The position numbers were made by a program, and so were the translations under genes. From positions 70,074 through 134,073 of the forward strand of contig CAYJCR010000001.1 in the NCBI GenBank assembly GCA_964368755.1: a stretch of 64,000 nucleotides of DNA, read 5' to 3'. The notes beneath the pieces are model-generated. The model was given only the letters and a program-made list of their open reading frames with translations. It was not told where the DNA came from and made no database searches. The number at the start of each line of letters is the position of its first letter. The stretch's first letter is position 1. Below are positions 56,330-64,000 of the stretch, one piece after another. Source of the DNA: an uncultured Lachnospiraceae bacterium. Lineage in GTDB: Bacteria; Bacillota; Clostridia; Christensenellales; UBA1242.

Positions 56330-56424
56330 GGGTGTCCGGGGTAAACCCCTCCGCTCGCAATGAATTGCTATATCACGCTTTGGCTAAAAACTTGCCACTG
56401 GCAACTTTTTCTTAACGCATCGCG
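56330..56424. repeat. ~100-nt tRNA-associated element, copy C (inverted relative to A and B)
   Basis: The minus strand reads CGCGATGCGTTAAGAAAAA-hairpin-TTTTTAGCCAAAGCGTGATA-GCAATTCATTGC-... The inner end is an antisense copy of tRNA-Lys positions about 44-53. Confidence 0.8.
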
Positions 56425-56471
56425 CCCTGATTAAGAGTCAGGTGCTCTGTCACACCTAGAGCTAATAACCC
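56425..56471 (-). pseudogene. truncated tRNA-Lys(CTT) 5' half (positions 1 to ~45) with altered D-loop
   Basis: GGGTTATTAGCTCTAGGTGTGACAGAGCACCTGACTCTTAATCAGGG, preceded by the same upstream AAGTAC flank as the intact gene. It abuts element C instead of a T-arm. Confidence 0.8.
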
Positions 56472-56597
56472 AAGTACCATATAGCGATGTTACGAGTTGT
56501 ATTATATATTTTATTACAACATTTGTCAAGGTAATTGCAGAATTTTTTGTTAAAAGTTTTTATCACATATTTATATTATTTTTCATAACTTTTGTAT

Positions 56598-57647
56598 ATG
56601 AATAAGTTTGTTATAGATAGAGGTATATTGCTCAGTAATATTGAGCGCATTCACGGTCTTATTGGGAAGAAAAAACTATGTGTTATGGTCAAAGCCGATG
56701 CTTATGGTCATGGGCTTGTGCGAATATCCAAGATAGTTCAGGGTTCAGTAGACTATCTAGGCGTTGCTTGTATTAGTGAGGGAATACGCCTTAGGAATAA
56801 TAATATTTATGCACCTATTCTTGTGGTTGGAAGTTATGATAGAAGGCTCGCAAAATTGGGTATAGTTAATGATTTGACTTTGTCTATAGGTAGTGAAGAT
56901 AGTATGTTGCATTTGAGTAAACTTGTGTCTACTCTTCGTATCAAGACGAAAGTCCATATACAAGTCAACTCTGGAATGAATAGATATGGGCTTGATTGTC
57001 GCAAAGATTTAAACAAAATATTGCAAATTGCATCTTGCAATCCATATGTGATTGTAGAAGGAATATTCTCTCATATAAGTAATGCTTGCGATAAGTTATC
57101 GACATTCAAACAGTATAATAAATTCAAAAACATATGTAAGCATATTCCTAAAAACACAATTCGACATATTGCATCAAGCGAAGTGGTATCTAGGTATAAA
57201 AATATGCATATGGATATGGTGCGAGTAGGGATTGCAATGTATGGCTATGGATTAGGATGTAGGCCAATACTTACTATCACCAGTAATATTGTCGATATAA
57301 GGTATGTCAAAAAGGGTGCAACAATAGGGTATAACAACAAGTATTGTTTGCAACGAGATAGCTTTGTGGGAACAGTTGCTATTGGATATGCCGATGGCAT
57401 CAATCGTAAGCTCTCTCAAGGTGGCAAGGTGGCAGTTGATGGCAAGTGTTATAAGATAGCTGGCAATGTGTGTATGGACTGTTTTATGGTGGATTTTGGC
57501 TCTTACAGGCCACATATTGGACAAGAAGTGATAATTCTTGACTCAGATATTAATGCAGAAGTGATTGCAAGCCAATGTGATACAATCTGCTATGAGATAC
57601 TTACCTCTTACAAGACCAATAGAATGAAAGTACTAGTAAAGGCATAA
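56598..57647 (+). CDS. alr: alanine racemase
   Basis: VKADAYGHG PLP-lysine motif, a C-terminal beta-domain with CMDCFMVD, and about 350 aa. No obvious RBS, so the start is uncertain (ATG 56598 or TTG 56592). Confidence 0.9.
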   Translation: MNKFVIDRGILLSNIERIHGLIGKKKLCVMVKADAYGHGLVRISKIVQGSVDYLGVACISEGIRLRNNNIYAPILVVGSYDRRLAKLGIVNDLTLSIGSEDSMLHLSKLVSTLRIKTKVHIQVNSGMNRYGLDCRKDLNKILQIASCNPYVIVEGIFSHISNACDKLSTFKQYNKFKNICKHIPKNTIRHIASSEVVSRYKNMHMDMVRVGIAMYGYGLGCRPILTITSNIVDIRYVKKGATIGYNNKYCLQRDSFVGTVAIGYADGINRKLSQGGKVAVDGKCYKIAGNVCMDCFMVDFGSYRPHIGQEVIILDSDINAEVIASQCDTICYEILTSYKTNRMKVLVKA

Positions 57648-57701
57648 TTGATTGACTTGGTCTGGTAGATTGGGTTATAGTATAGATAGGAGAAAAATCT
57701 T

Positions 57702-58262
57702 ATGGATATGGAAAGAGAAGTTCGGTATTGTCTAAGTGCTGACCTTATGCAACGCATAAAAGACGATTCAAAACTTATTGAAGAACCCAAGAATAACATT
57801 GATATAGTATGTGGGTATAATGGCTTTGATTCATTACGAGACTATGGCTTTATATGCCGCGTAAGGCAGAAGTCTAACAAAGTTGTCTTGGAGATCAAAA
57901 AGCGCATATCAGATAGCGTATGGGAAGAGTATTCTGCACAAAGTGCTAGTCTCAAAGATGGTGTTGCTTTTTTTAGCGCACTAGGAATGAAACCATACCT
58001 ATATATCAACAGGACAAGAAGTGTGTATTCGCAAGGGAAATTCAAGATATTCTTTGATAATATTGATATGTTGGGAGATTTTGTTGAACTTGAGTATGTC
58101 GGCAAAGACAATATGTGGAAGACAGCTCTTAACAGGTTTTTGTCAAAGTATGGCATTGATGATAACAGGCAGAAGTTGTATGGAGATATATTCAAAGACA
58201 AAATTCAAGAAGATGAGGATTTCAAACAGAAGTTTACAGTACGACTTGATGACGTCTTATAA
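57702..58262 (+). CDS. CYTH-domain protein (class IV adenylate cyclase / triphosphatase family)
   Basis: N-terminal ExExR (EREVRY), followed by CRVRQ, LEIKK and FVELEY acidic/basic ladder motifs typical of the CYTH tunnel. AGGAG RBS. Confidence 0.6.
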   Translation: MDMEREVRYCLSADLMQRIKDDSKLIEEPKNNIDIVCGYNGFDSLRDYGFICRVRQKSNKVVLEIKKRISDSVWEEYSAQSASLKDGVAFFSALGMKPYLYINRTRSVYSQGKFKIFFDNIDMLGDFVELEYVGKDNMWKTALNRFLSKYGIDDNRQKLYGDIFKDKIQEDEDFKQKFTVRLDDVL

Positions 58263-58280
58263 CATTGTAGCAAAAATGTG

Positions 58281-58485
58281 TTGACAAATCTCATTCAAAG
58301 TGACATAATGCAGACATAAAAGCATTGAGGAAGTGTGGCGACTTCTTAGCTGGTAACCAAAATGTTATCCGTATCTCTTGCGTTAAAAGAGGAATGAAGG
58401 TATATGACTCGTGTCATATACGAATTAGGGTGGAACCGCGAGATAATCGTCCCTATGGCTAATTTTTAGCTTGGGGATTTTTTAT
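58281..58485 (+). promoter_or_regulatory. sigma-A promoter (TTGACA-17-CATAAT) plus glycine T-box leader with terminator
   Basis: -35 at 58281-86 and -10 at 58304-09. The T-box sequence AATTAGGGTGGAACCGCG is at 58423-58440. The terminator stem TCCCTATGGCTA/TAGCTTGGGGA plus T-run lies at 58449-58485. A candidate specifier GGT-A is at 58399-58402. Confidence 0.8.
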
Positions 58486-58523
58486 TGCAAAGAGTCCTCA
58501 TAATGAATAATAAGAGGTGTTAT

Positions 58524-59897
58524 ATGGAAAAGAATGTTGTAACTATGGACAAGATTGTCAATCTTTGTAAGGGTAGAGGTTTTGTGTTCCCAGGTAGTGA
58601 GATATATGGGGGGTTTGCTAATACTTGGGATTTTGGCCCAATAGGTGTTGAACTCAAGAATAATATCAAACGTGCTTGGTGGAAGAAGTTTGTTCAAGAA
58701 GACCCAAATACTTATGGAGTAGATGCTGCAATCCTTATGAATCCTAAGGTGTGGGAAGCAAGTGGTCACGTTGCAAGTTTTGGAGATCCAAAGATGGATT
58801 GTAAGAAATGTAAGCAGAGATTTAGAGCAGATACAATGATAGAAGCACATAGCAAGGGTAGTGTTGCCGCTGAGGCTATGACCAATGAGCAATTGGAGGC
58901 TTACATTGCTGAGCATCATCTAACTTGCCCTCATTGTGGAGGTTTTGATTGGACTCCAATACGTAAGTTTAATCCTATGTTTATCACTTCTCGTGGTACA
59001 CTTGAAGAGGGAGCAGATACTGTATACCTTAGACCTGAGACTTGCCAAGGCGAGTATGTCAATTTCCTCAATGTACAACGTACAGCGAGAGCCAAAGTGC
59101 CTTTTGCGATCGCACAGATTGGTAAGTCATTTAGGAATGAGATTACTCCGGGTAACTTCCTATTCAGAACAATAGAGTTCGAACAAATGGAACTTCAAAT
59201 GTTTTGTAAAGAAAGTGAATCTATGGATATATATTCGGATTATAAGGCAAGAGCTTTGAAATTTGTCGAAGAACTTGGACTTGCTCAAGAGAACCTTCGT
59301 TATCATGACCACGATAAACTTGCTCACTATGCGAAGGCAGCTTGTGATATACAATACAACTTCCCAATAGGTTGGCAAGAACTCAATGGTATACATCACA
59401 GAGGTGTATGGGACTTGTCTCGTCATCAGGAGTTTTCTGGCAAATCAATGCTTTATCTTGATCCATTTACGAATGAGAAGTATATTCCTAATGTTATAGA
59501 ATACTCTATAGGTGCAGATAGGCTAACCCTTGCTCTTATGTGTGCTGCGTATGATGAAGAACAGCTAGATAATGATACTCGTATCGTTATGCACTTTAAG
59601 CCATCTATCGCTCCATATAAGGTAGCAATATTGCCTTTGCAGAAGAATATGTCTGATAAGGCAAAGGAGATCTATTCTAGCCTAGCCAAGCACTTCATGT
59701 GTACATATGATGAGGCTGGTAGTATTGGCAAAAGATACAGAAGACAGGATGAGATTGGTACTCCTATGTGCGTGACAATAGACTTTGATACTTTGGAGAA
59801 GAATACTGTTACTGTTCGAGATAGAGATACTATGCAACAAGTTACTATTCAGGCAGGCGAACTAATAGATTATGTCCGCAAGATAGTAGAAGGTTAA
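58524..59897 (+). CDS. glyQS: glycine--tRNA ligase (homodimeric GlyQS type)
   Basis: RGFVFPGSEIYGG, the class II motifs (FRNEITP...) and an anticodon-binding C-terminus. Start moved to the ATG at 58524, which has an AAGAGG RBS. Confidence 0.95.
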   Translation: MEKNVVTMDKIVNLCKGRGFVFPGSEIYGGFANTWDFGPIGVELKNNIKRAWWKKFVQEDPNTYGVDAAILMNPKVWEASGHVASFGDPKMDCKKCKQRFRADTMIEAHSKGSVAAEAMTNEQLEAYIAEHHLTCPHCGGFDWTPIRKFNPMFITSRGTLEEGADTVYLRPETCQGEYVNFLNVQRTARAKVPFAIAQIGKSFRNEITPGNFLFRTIEFEQMELQMFCKESESMDIYSDYKARALKFVEELGLAQENLRYHDHDKLAHYAKAACDIQYNFPIGWQELNGIHHRGVWDLSRHQEFSGKSMLYLDPFTNEKYIPNVIEYSIGADRLTLALMCAAYDEEQLDNDTRIVMHFKPSIAPYKVAILPLQKNMSDKAKEIYSSLAKHFMCTYDEAGSIGKRYRRQDEIGTPMCVTIDFDTLEKNTVTVRDRDTMQQVTIQAGELIDYVRKIVEG

Positions 59898-60037
59898 TAT
59901 CTATAATATCAATAATAAAAGGGTAGCATATTTGCTATCCTTTATTTATTATAAACATTGAGTTGTACGAAAAAACATTTATCAAAAAATATTCTAATAA
60001 AAAACAGCCACAAAAACATTTGTGACTGTTGATTGTA

Positions 60038-61318
60038 TTATTGACCTTGACCTTGATCTTGACTCTCGTTAGATTCGTCAGCACCTTTATCTTCTGAATA
60101 ATAAACATTAGGATCTTCGTCACTAGGAAGTGGATTGCCCTCAGCATCAATAGTTGCAACATACTCTTGAGAAGGAACATTAGGAGTTTCTTCGATAATA
60201 GGCTTGTCTCCACCAGATATTTTGCTATTGGCTGCATCGATTAAGTTATCATATTGCTCGCCGAATATGCTATGTCCATCCTTATTGATAGCACCTATTG
60301 AGAGCACCAAAAGTCCTGCAACAGATACAGTTGCGATCACTATTCCGGTAACAGCAAGGGCTTTCTTCCAAGCAGGAACTGGGCGATACTCAATATTGTT
60401 ATCGATATGCCATTGAATAATGTCTTCTTTTTCAGCACTTCGCTTGCCAGCTCTCATCATCCATTTGCCGAATCTCGTTTGCCTATCATATTTGTCGTAT
60501 TCTGTTCTTTTTTGTTTATGGGGTTGTTTAAGTTTGTTAATTAATCTGCTTTTGTGAGATTTTTTGCTAGAATCTGAGTTTAATATGTTAATTCCATTAA
60601 GAATAGATTCACCTTCTTCCTCATCGTCTTCTTCGGTGGTGAGATTGTCATCTTCTGTATCAGTGACGGGAGATACAACATGGCTTTCAGAATCATCTTT
60701 TTTTGGTTTTGAAGCTGATGATCTAGGCATTATACCCAAGCCACTTACTTTTGTTCTTTCGATTGTTTCTTTGAGGGTGCCGTCTGGGTTGATCATAACA
60801 ACATTTGTCTTATAAGAAGTTATTTTGCTACTTTCGTCATAACATTTGTTCTCTGCACTTCTATCAATACAAATAAGCTCAATGGAACCATTTGGTGTGT
60901 CTTTTGTGTCTTTTGTATATATGTTCTTGTCAACTGAATATACAAGCTCGTCATTTACATACTTCTCATATCTAATTGTTCCATAATCTTCATGATCTTT
61001 TAGACGCCCAATCTTAACAGTAACCGTCTTGTCATCTTTTTTGACAACAATAGTCTCTACATCTGGATCGCTCCAAAGAACACTATCTTTAGGTGTGTTA
61101 TTCTCTGTTGCAGGATTACCATCTTCTGCAGTGTGTGTAATGCTATCGTGGCTTCTATTGGTTGAACCAGAAAGAAGCTTGTTAGCTAGATAACGAAGTC
61201 TCTCATCTCTTGCCTCAAATTTATCTTGGAGTATATTACCTTCATCATCTCTGATATCAGGAAGCTTATTATCTTCGCTAATACTCGCAATAAGTTTTTT
61301 ATAAAATGTCTCTGCCAT
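60038..61318 (-). CDS. hypothetical single-pass membrane protein, acidic and low-complexity
   Basis: 426 aa with a GGGAGAG RBS. One TM helix (ALAVTGIVIATVSVAGLLVLSIG) sits near residue 330, with D/E/K-rich flanks. No family recognised. Confidence 0.55.
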   Translation of the reverse strand: MAETFYKKLIASISEDNKLPDIRDDEGNILQDKFEARDERLRYLANKLLSGSTNRSHDSITHTAEDGNPATENNTPKDSVLWSDPDVETIVVKKDDKTVTVKIGRLKDHEDYGTIRYEKYVNDELVYSVDKNIYTKDTKDTPNGSIELICIDRSAENKCYDESSKITSYKTNVVMINPDGTLKETIERTKVSGLGIMPRSSASKPKKDDSESHVVSPVTDTEDDNLTTEEDDEEEGESILNGINILNSDSSKKSHKSRLINKLKQPHKQKRTEYDKYDRQTRFGKWMMRAGKRSAEKEDIIQWHIDNNIEYRPVPAWKKALAVTGIVIATVSVAGLLVLSIGAINKDGHSIFGEQYDNLIDAANSKISGGDKPIIEETPNVPSQEYVATIDAEGNPLPSDEDPNVYYSEDKGADESNESQDQGQGQ

Positions 61319-61474
61319 ATTATTGTTCTCTCCCTATAATTTGTATGCTTAGATTGTAGCACGGGATAGGGTGGTTGTCAATACCCATTTTTATAATTAT
61401 TTATATATTTAAAGGGGATCTTGTTAGACATAAAAAAACTCTCAGAATGCTGAGAGCTCTCTAATGTCTAGATA

Positions 61475-61846
61475 TTAAAACAACAACCAAAACACAAGGG
61501 ATATGATATTGAGGACAAACTGCACCGTGAAAGTAAACTTATTCTCGCGTCTAAATTGTGTAAATACAAAGAACATAGATAGTCCAGTCAAAGCACATCC
61601 TATACAGAAGAATACGATATACAATGCTGGAGCAGCGATACCTATCATTCTAAATAATCTGCATAGAACAATAAGTCCAAGAGATATAAGTACGGATCCG
61701 ATACAAATATCGTCTTTGTTAAATTTAAACTTCTTGGCAGTCTTAGCTGGGGTGGTATCTTTGTGCTCTTCAGTCTTGACTTCAGGAGTCTCGATATTCT
61801 CGACTTCTAGTGCTGGGGTTGTTTCTGTTACTTTCTTGGTTGCCAT
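61475..61846 (-). CDS. small membrane protein (3 TM)
   Basis: About 123 aa from the second ATG (GGAGG RBS), with a Lys/Thr/Glu-rich N-terminus followed by hydrophobic segments. Confidence 0.5.
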   Translation of the reverse strand: MATKKVTETTPALEVENIETPEVKTEEHKDTTPAKTAKKFKFNKDDICIGSVLISLGLIVLCRLFRMIGIAAPALYIVFFCIGCALTGLSMFFVFTQFRRENKFTFTVQFVLNIISLVFWLLF

Positions 61847-62000
61847 ATGCATATCCTCCGATAATTTACGCTTTCATTATATTATAATTATTCGATAAAC
61901 TCAACTAATTATGACTAATTTGTTACGAAAGTTTGTAATTTGATAAATTTTTTTGATAACTAAGTGTATACCGAAATGATTGTATTGTCAATATAACAAA

Positions 62001-62537
62001 TTATTTGACACCACTACTTCCAAATCCACTAACCGAACCTCTATCACTTGCATATATGTTGATATCTTCACATCTGCATAGATTGATAGTTGTTATCTTG
62101 TTGAGTATCATTTGAGCAATTCTATCTCCCTTGTGGATATGATATATGCCCATCTTGTGTCTATCTTCTATCGTACAATCTTCGTTGCTACCTATTGGTG
62201 AATCGTTGTGGGTAATAACTCCCATTTCACTCCTATAACCTGTATCAATTGTACCAAGAGCAACTTGTATAGGAGTCTTGGCACTCAATCCACTACGAGG
62301 CCTTACCTGAACTTCATATCCGTTAGGAATAGCGATCTTCAAACCTGTTGGTATAATGACTGTTTGACCTGGATATATGGTACAATCAGCATTCGCCCTT
62401 ATGTCCATACCTGCGTCTGTAGGATGCGCATAAAAGGGTAGTGTAGCTCCGTCTAGGACCTCAATAGGCATGTCTACTGGGGCATTAATTCTGTCCATAA
62501 CTTGGTTAACAATTATATCAATTTCTTCTTGTGTCAT
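62001..62537 (-). CDS. dut: dUTP diphosphatase
   Basis: AGMDIRA, GLSAK, IDTGYRSE and C-terminal RGSVSGFGSSG motifs. Start moved to the ATG at 62537, which has an AGGAG RBS. Confidence 0.88.
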   Translation of the reverse strand: MTQEEIDIIVNQVMDRINAPVDMPIEVLDGATLPFYAHPTDAGMDIRANADCTIYPGQTVIIPTGLKIAIPNGYEVQVRPRSGLSAKTPIQVALGTIDTGYRSEMGVITHNDSPIGSNEDCTIEDRHKMGIYHIHKGDRIAQMILNKITTINLCRCEDINIYASDRGSVSGFGSSGVK

Positions 62538-62730
62538 ACAGTATATTCTCCTATATTTATTCTGCAACAATTATATCAAAATTGTGGAAAATCTCCTAAT
62601 GTATTAGGCTGCTTATGATGATTTTTTTTGCTAAATTGTTTACGTATAAATCAAAAGATAATTCTTTGCTGACTTTGTTTTTTTACATAAAAAATCACTT
62701 GTAGCAATATGCTCAAGTGACTTATTTGTC

Positions 62731-62805
62731 TGGTGACACCAGAGGGACTCGAACCCTCGTTACCGGCGTGAGAGGCCAGCGTACTAACCACTATACGATG
62801 GTGCC
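62731..62805 (-). tRNA. tRNA-Glu (anticodon CTC)
   Basis: 75 nt with acceptor GGCACCA/TGGTGTC, anticodon loop CTCTCAC, T-loop TTCGAGT and encoded CCA. Confidence 0.88.
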
Positions 62806-62966
62806 AAGATCTGATTGACTTCCTTATAATAGCAGAAAAGTTGAACAAAAGCAATAGTTTTTTTACTGTTTTTTGGATGCGACCAAAAGTTTTTGTGGCA
62901 ACTTCTTTTATTTGGTTAGTTTTGATGCAAAGTTATGTTATACTGCAGATAGAGTTATAGGTGCTA

Positions 62967-64000
62967 ATGAGAAGAATATTTAATTATCGACCAGTTGTAA
63001 TATTCTGTTTGTTCGTTATATCAAGTATCTTGATAGCTTTTGCTATGCAAAGGAGTGCTTGGTATGCTTTTCTTCTGCTACTTCCGATCAGTGGAGTTAT
63101 AGCTCTTTTATATCATCGCAAATCACTCAAAGTACTTTATTATCTTATTGCTATATGTGTTGGTTTTTCTAGTTGTAGTTTGACTTTTGCATTTTATAAC
63201 AAAGACGTTGATGGCAAGTATTATATAAGTGGTAGGGTAAGTGAAGTATCTATTCAAGAAGAGTACACCCTCGTATATATCAATGGGACAAAAGCTGAAG
63301 ATATTAATACTGGCGACACTGTCAAGTTGCCTGGCAAGACTGCAATATATCTATACGATGGAGATTCTTTTAATGTAGGTGATAACCTAACTTTGTTAGC
63401 AAAAGTTAAGCCTAGCGTTTTGTATAAAGATAATGGCGTTAACACTTTTGTATATCGCAATAATGTTAAGTATTATGCTAGTGCGTATAACATTGTAGAA
63501 TCAACTCAGGGCAAACTTTCGTTGTCGGAGATGATTAAGAAGAAGAGTCGAAGTCTTATGCAAGACAATCTATCTAGTGAAGTAGCAGGGGTTACATATG
63601 CAGTATTATTCGGCGACAGGACTATGATAGATGATAATGTCAACAATGCTTTCAAAGATAGTGGAACGGTACACTTGCTTGCTGTATCTGGTTTGCACGT
63701 AGGATTCCTTATCGCATTATTATATCTGTTCTTTTCACTTATAAGATTGAAGAAATGGTACAAGTTCGGAGCAATGGCAATTGTTCTTGCTTGTTACTCT
63801 TATATTTGTGGGTTCTCCCCATCGGTCCTCAGAGCAAGTATTATGGGACTTGTTATTCTGCTTGCAGATAACCTTGGTAGAGAGAAGGACAGGCTCTCAT
63901 CGGTTGCATTGTCGGCGGTGCTTATACTTACATTTAGACCACTCTATCTATTTGATTATGGATTCTTGCTAAGTTATGGTGCTGTGCTTGGGATTTTACT
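62967..64000 (+). CDS. comEC: ComEC/Rec2-family DNA internalisation channel protein (5' part, runs off the window)
   Basis: My own translation from the ATG at 62967 stays open to the window end, so it is not in the ORF track. An N-terminal TM region and OB-like region are followed by the competence-domain motif FKDSGTVHLLAVSGLHVGF. Confidence 0.85.
   Translation, partial: MRRIFNYRPVVIFCLFVISSILIAFAMQRSAWYAFLLLLPISGVIALLYHRKSLKVLYYLIAICVGFSSCSLTFAFYNKDVDGKYYISGRVSEVSIQEEYTLVYINGTKAEDINTGDTVKLPGKTAIYLYDGDSFNVGDNLTLLAKVKPSVLYKDNGVNTFVYRNNVKYYASAYNIVESTQGKLSLSEMIKKKSRSLMQDNLSSEVAGVTYAVLFGDRTMIDDNVNNAFKDSGTVHLLAVSGLHVGFLIALLYLFFSLIRLKKWYKFGAMAIVLACYSYICGFSPSVLRASIMGLVILLADNLGREKDRLSSVALSAVLILTFRPLYLFDYGFLLSYGAVLGIL

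Overview
AT-rich window from a low-GC, endospore-forming, probably anaerobic Firmicute (Clostridia-like). The clade call rests on spoIIGA-sigE, spoIVA, a trimeric [FeFe]-hydrogenase operon, GGAGG ribosome-binding sites and genomically encoded CCA on every tRNA. Most of the window is conserved core genome. It holds an MFS transporter, hydCBA (NuoE/NuoF-like subunits plus HydA), an SDR, DegV, SepF-LspA-RluD and the minus-strand block tig-clpP-clpX-engB. A near-complete dcw cluster follows: mraZ, rsmH, ftsL-like, a PASTA-bearing class B PBP, murE, mraY, murD, ftsW/spoVE, murA, divIB, ftsA and ftsZ. Then come convergent spoIIGA-sigE, feoAB, der-plsY, spoIVA, dCMP deaminase, rsmD, alr, a CYTH protein, a T-box-controlled glyQS, dut and the 5' part of comEC. 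Accessory or unusual content sits at about 43-56 kb. It comprises a small XRE cassette bracketed by a duplicated terminator and an rdgB gene with one in-frame TAA. It also includes ten tRNA genes in several small clusters and a 2,309-codon N-terminally anchored surface protein with Listeria-Bacteroides (Flg_new-type) repeats. That giant gene carries a perfect 81-bp tandem duplication and an in-frame TAA followed by 63 more sense codons. The most unusual signal is a roughly 100-nt element present in three diverged copies with co-varying hairpins. Each copy is embedded in duplicated, inverted or truncated pieces of tRNA-His or tRNA-Lys genes. Other points worth a look are an orphan VirD4/TraG-type coupling ATPase, a possible divergent diadenylate-cyclase-like protein, and an unlisted 47-codon Cys-rich ORF. 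No CRISPR array, rRNA, transposase or integrase was recognised. All functional calls come from motif and family recognition by eye, with no database search.
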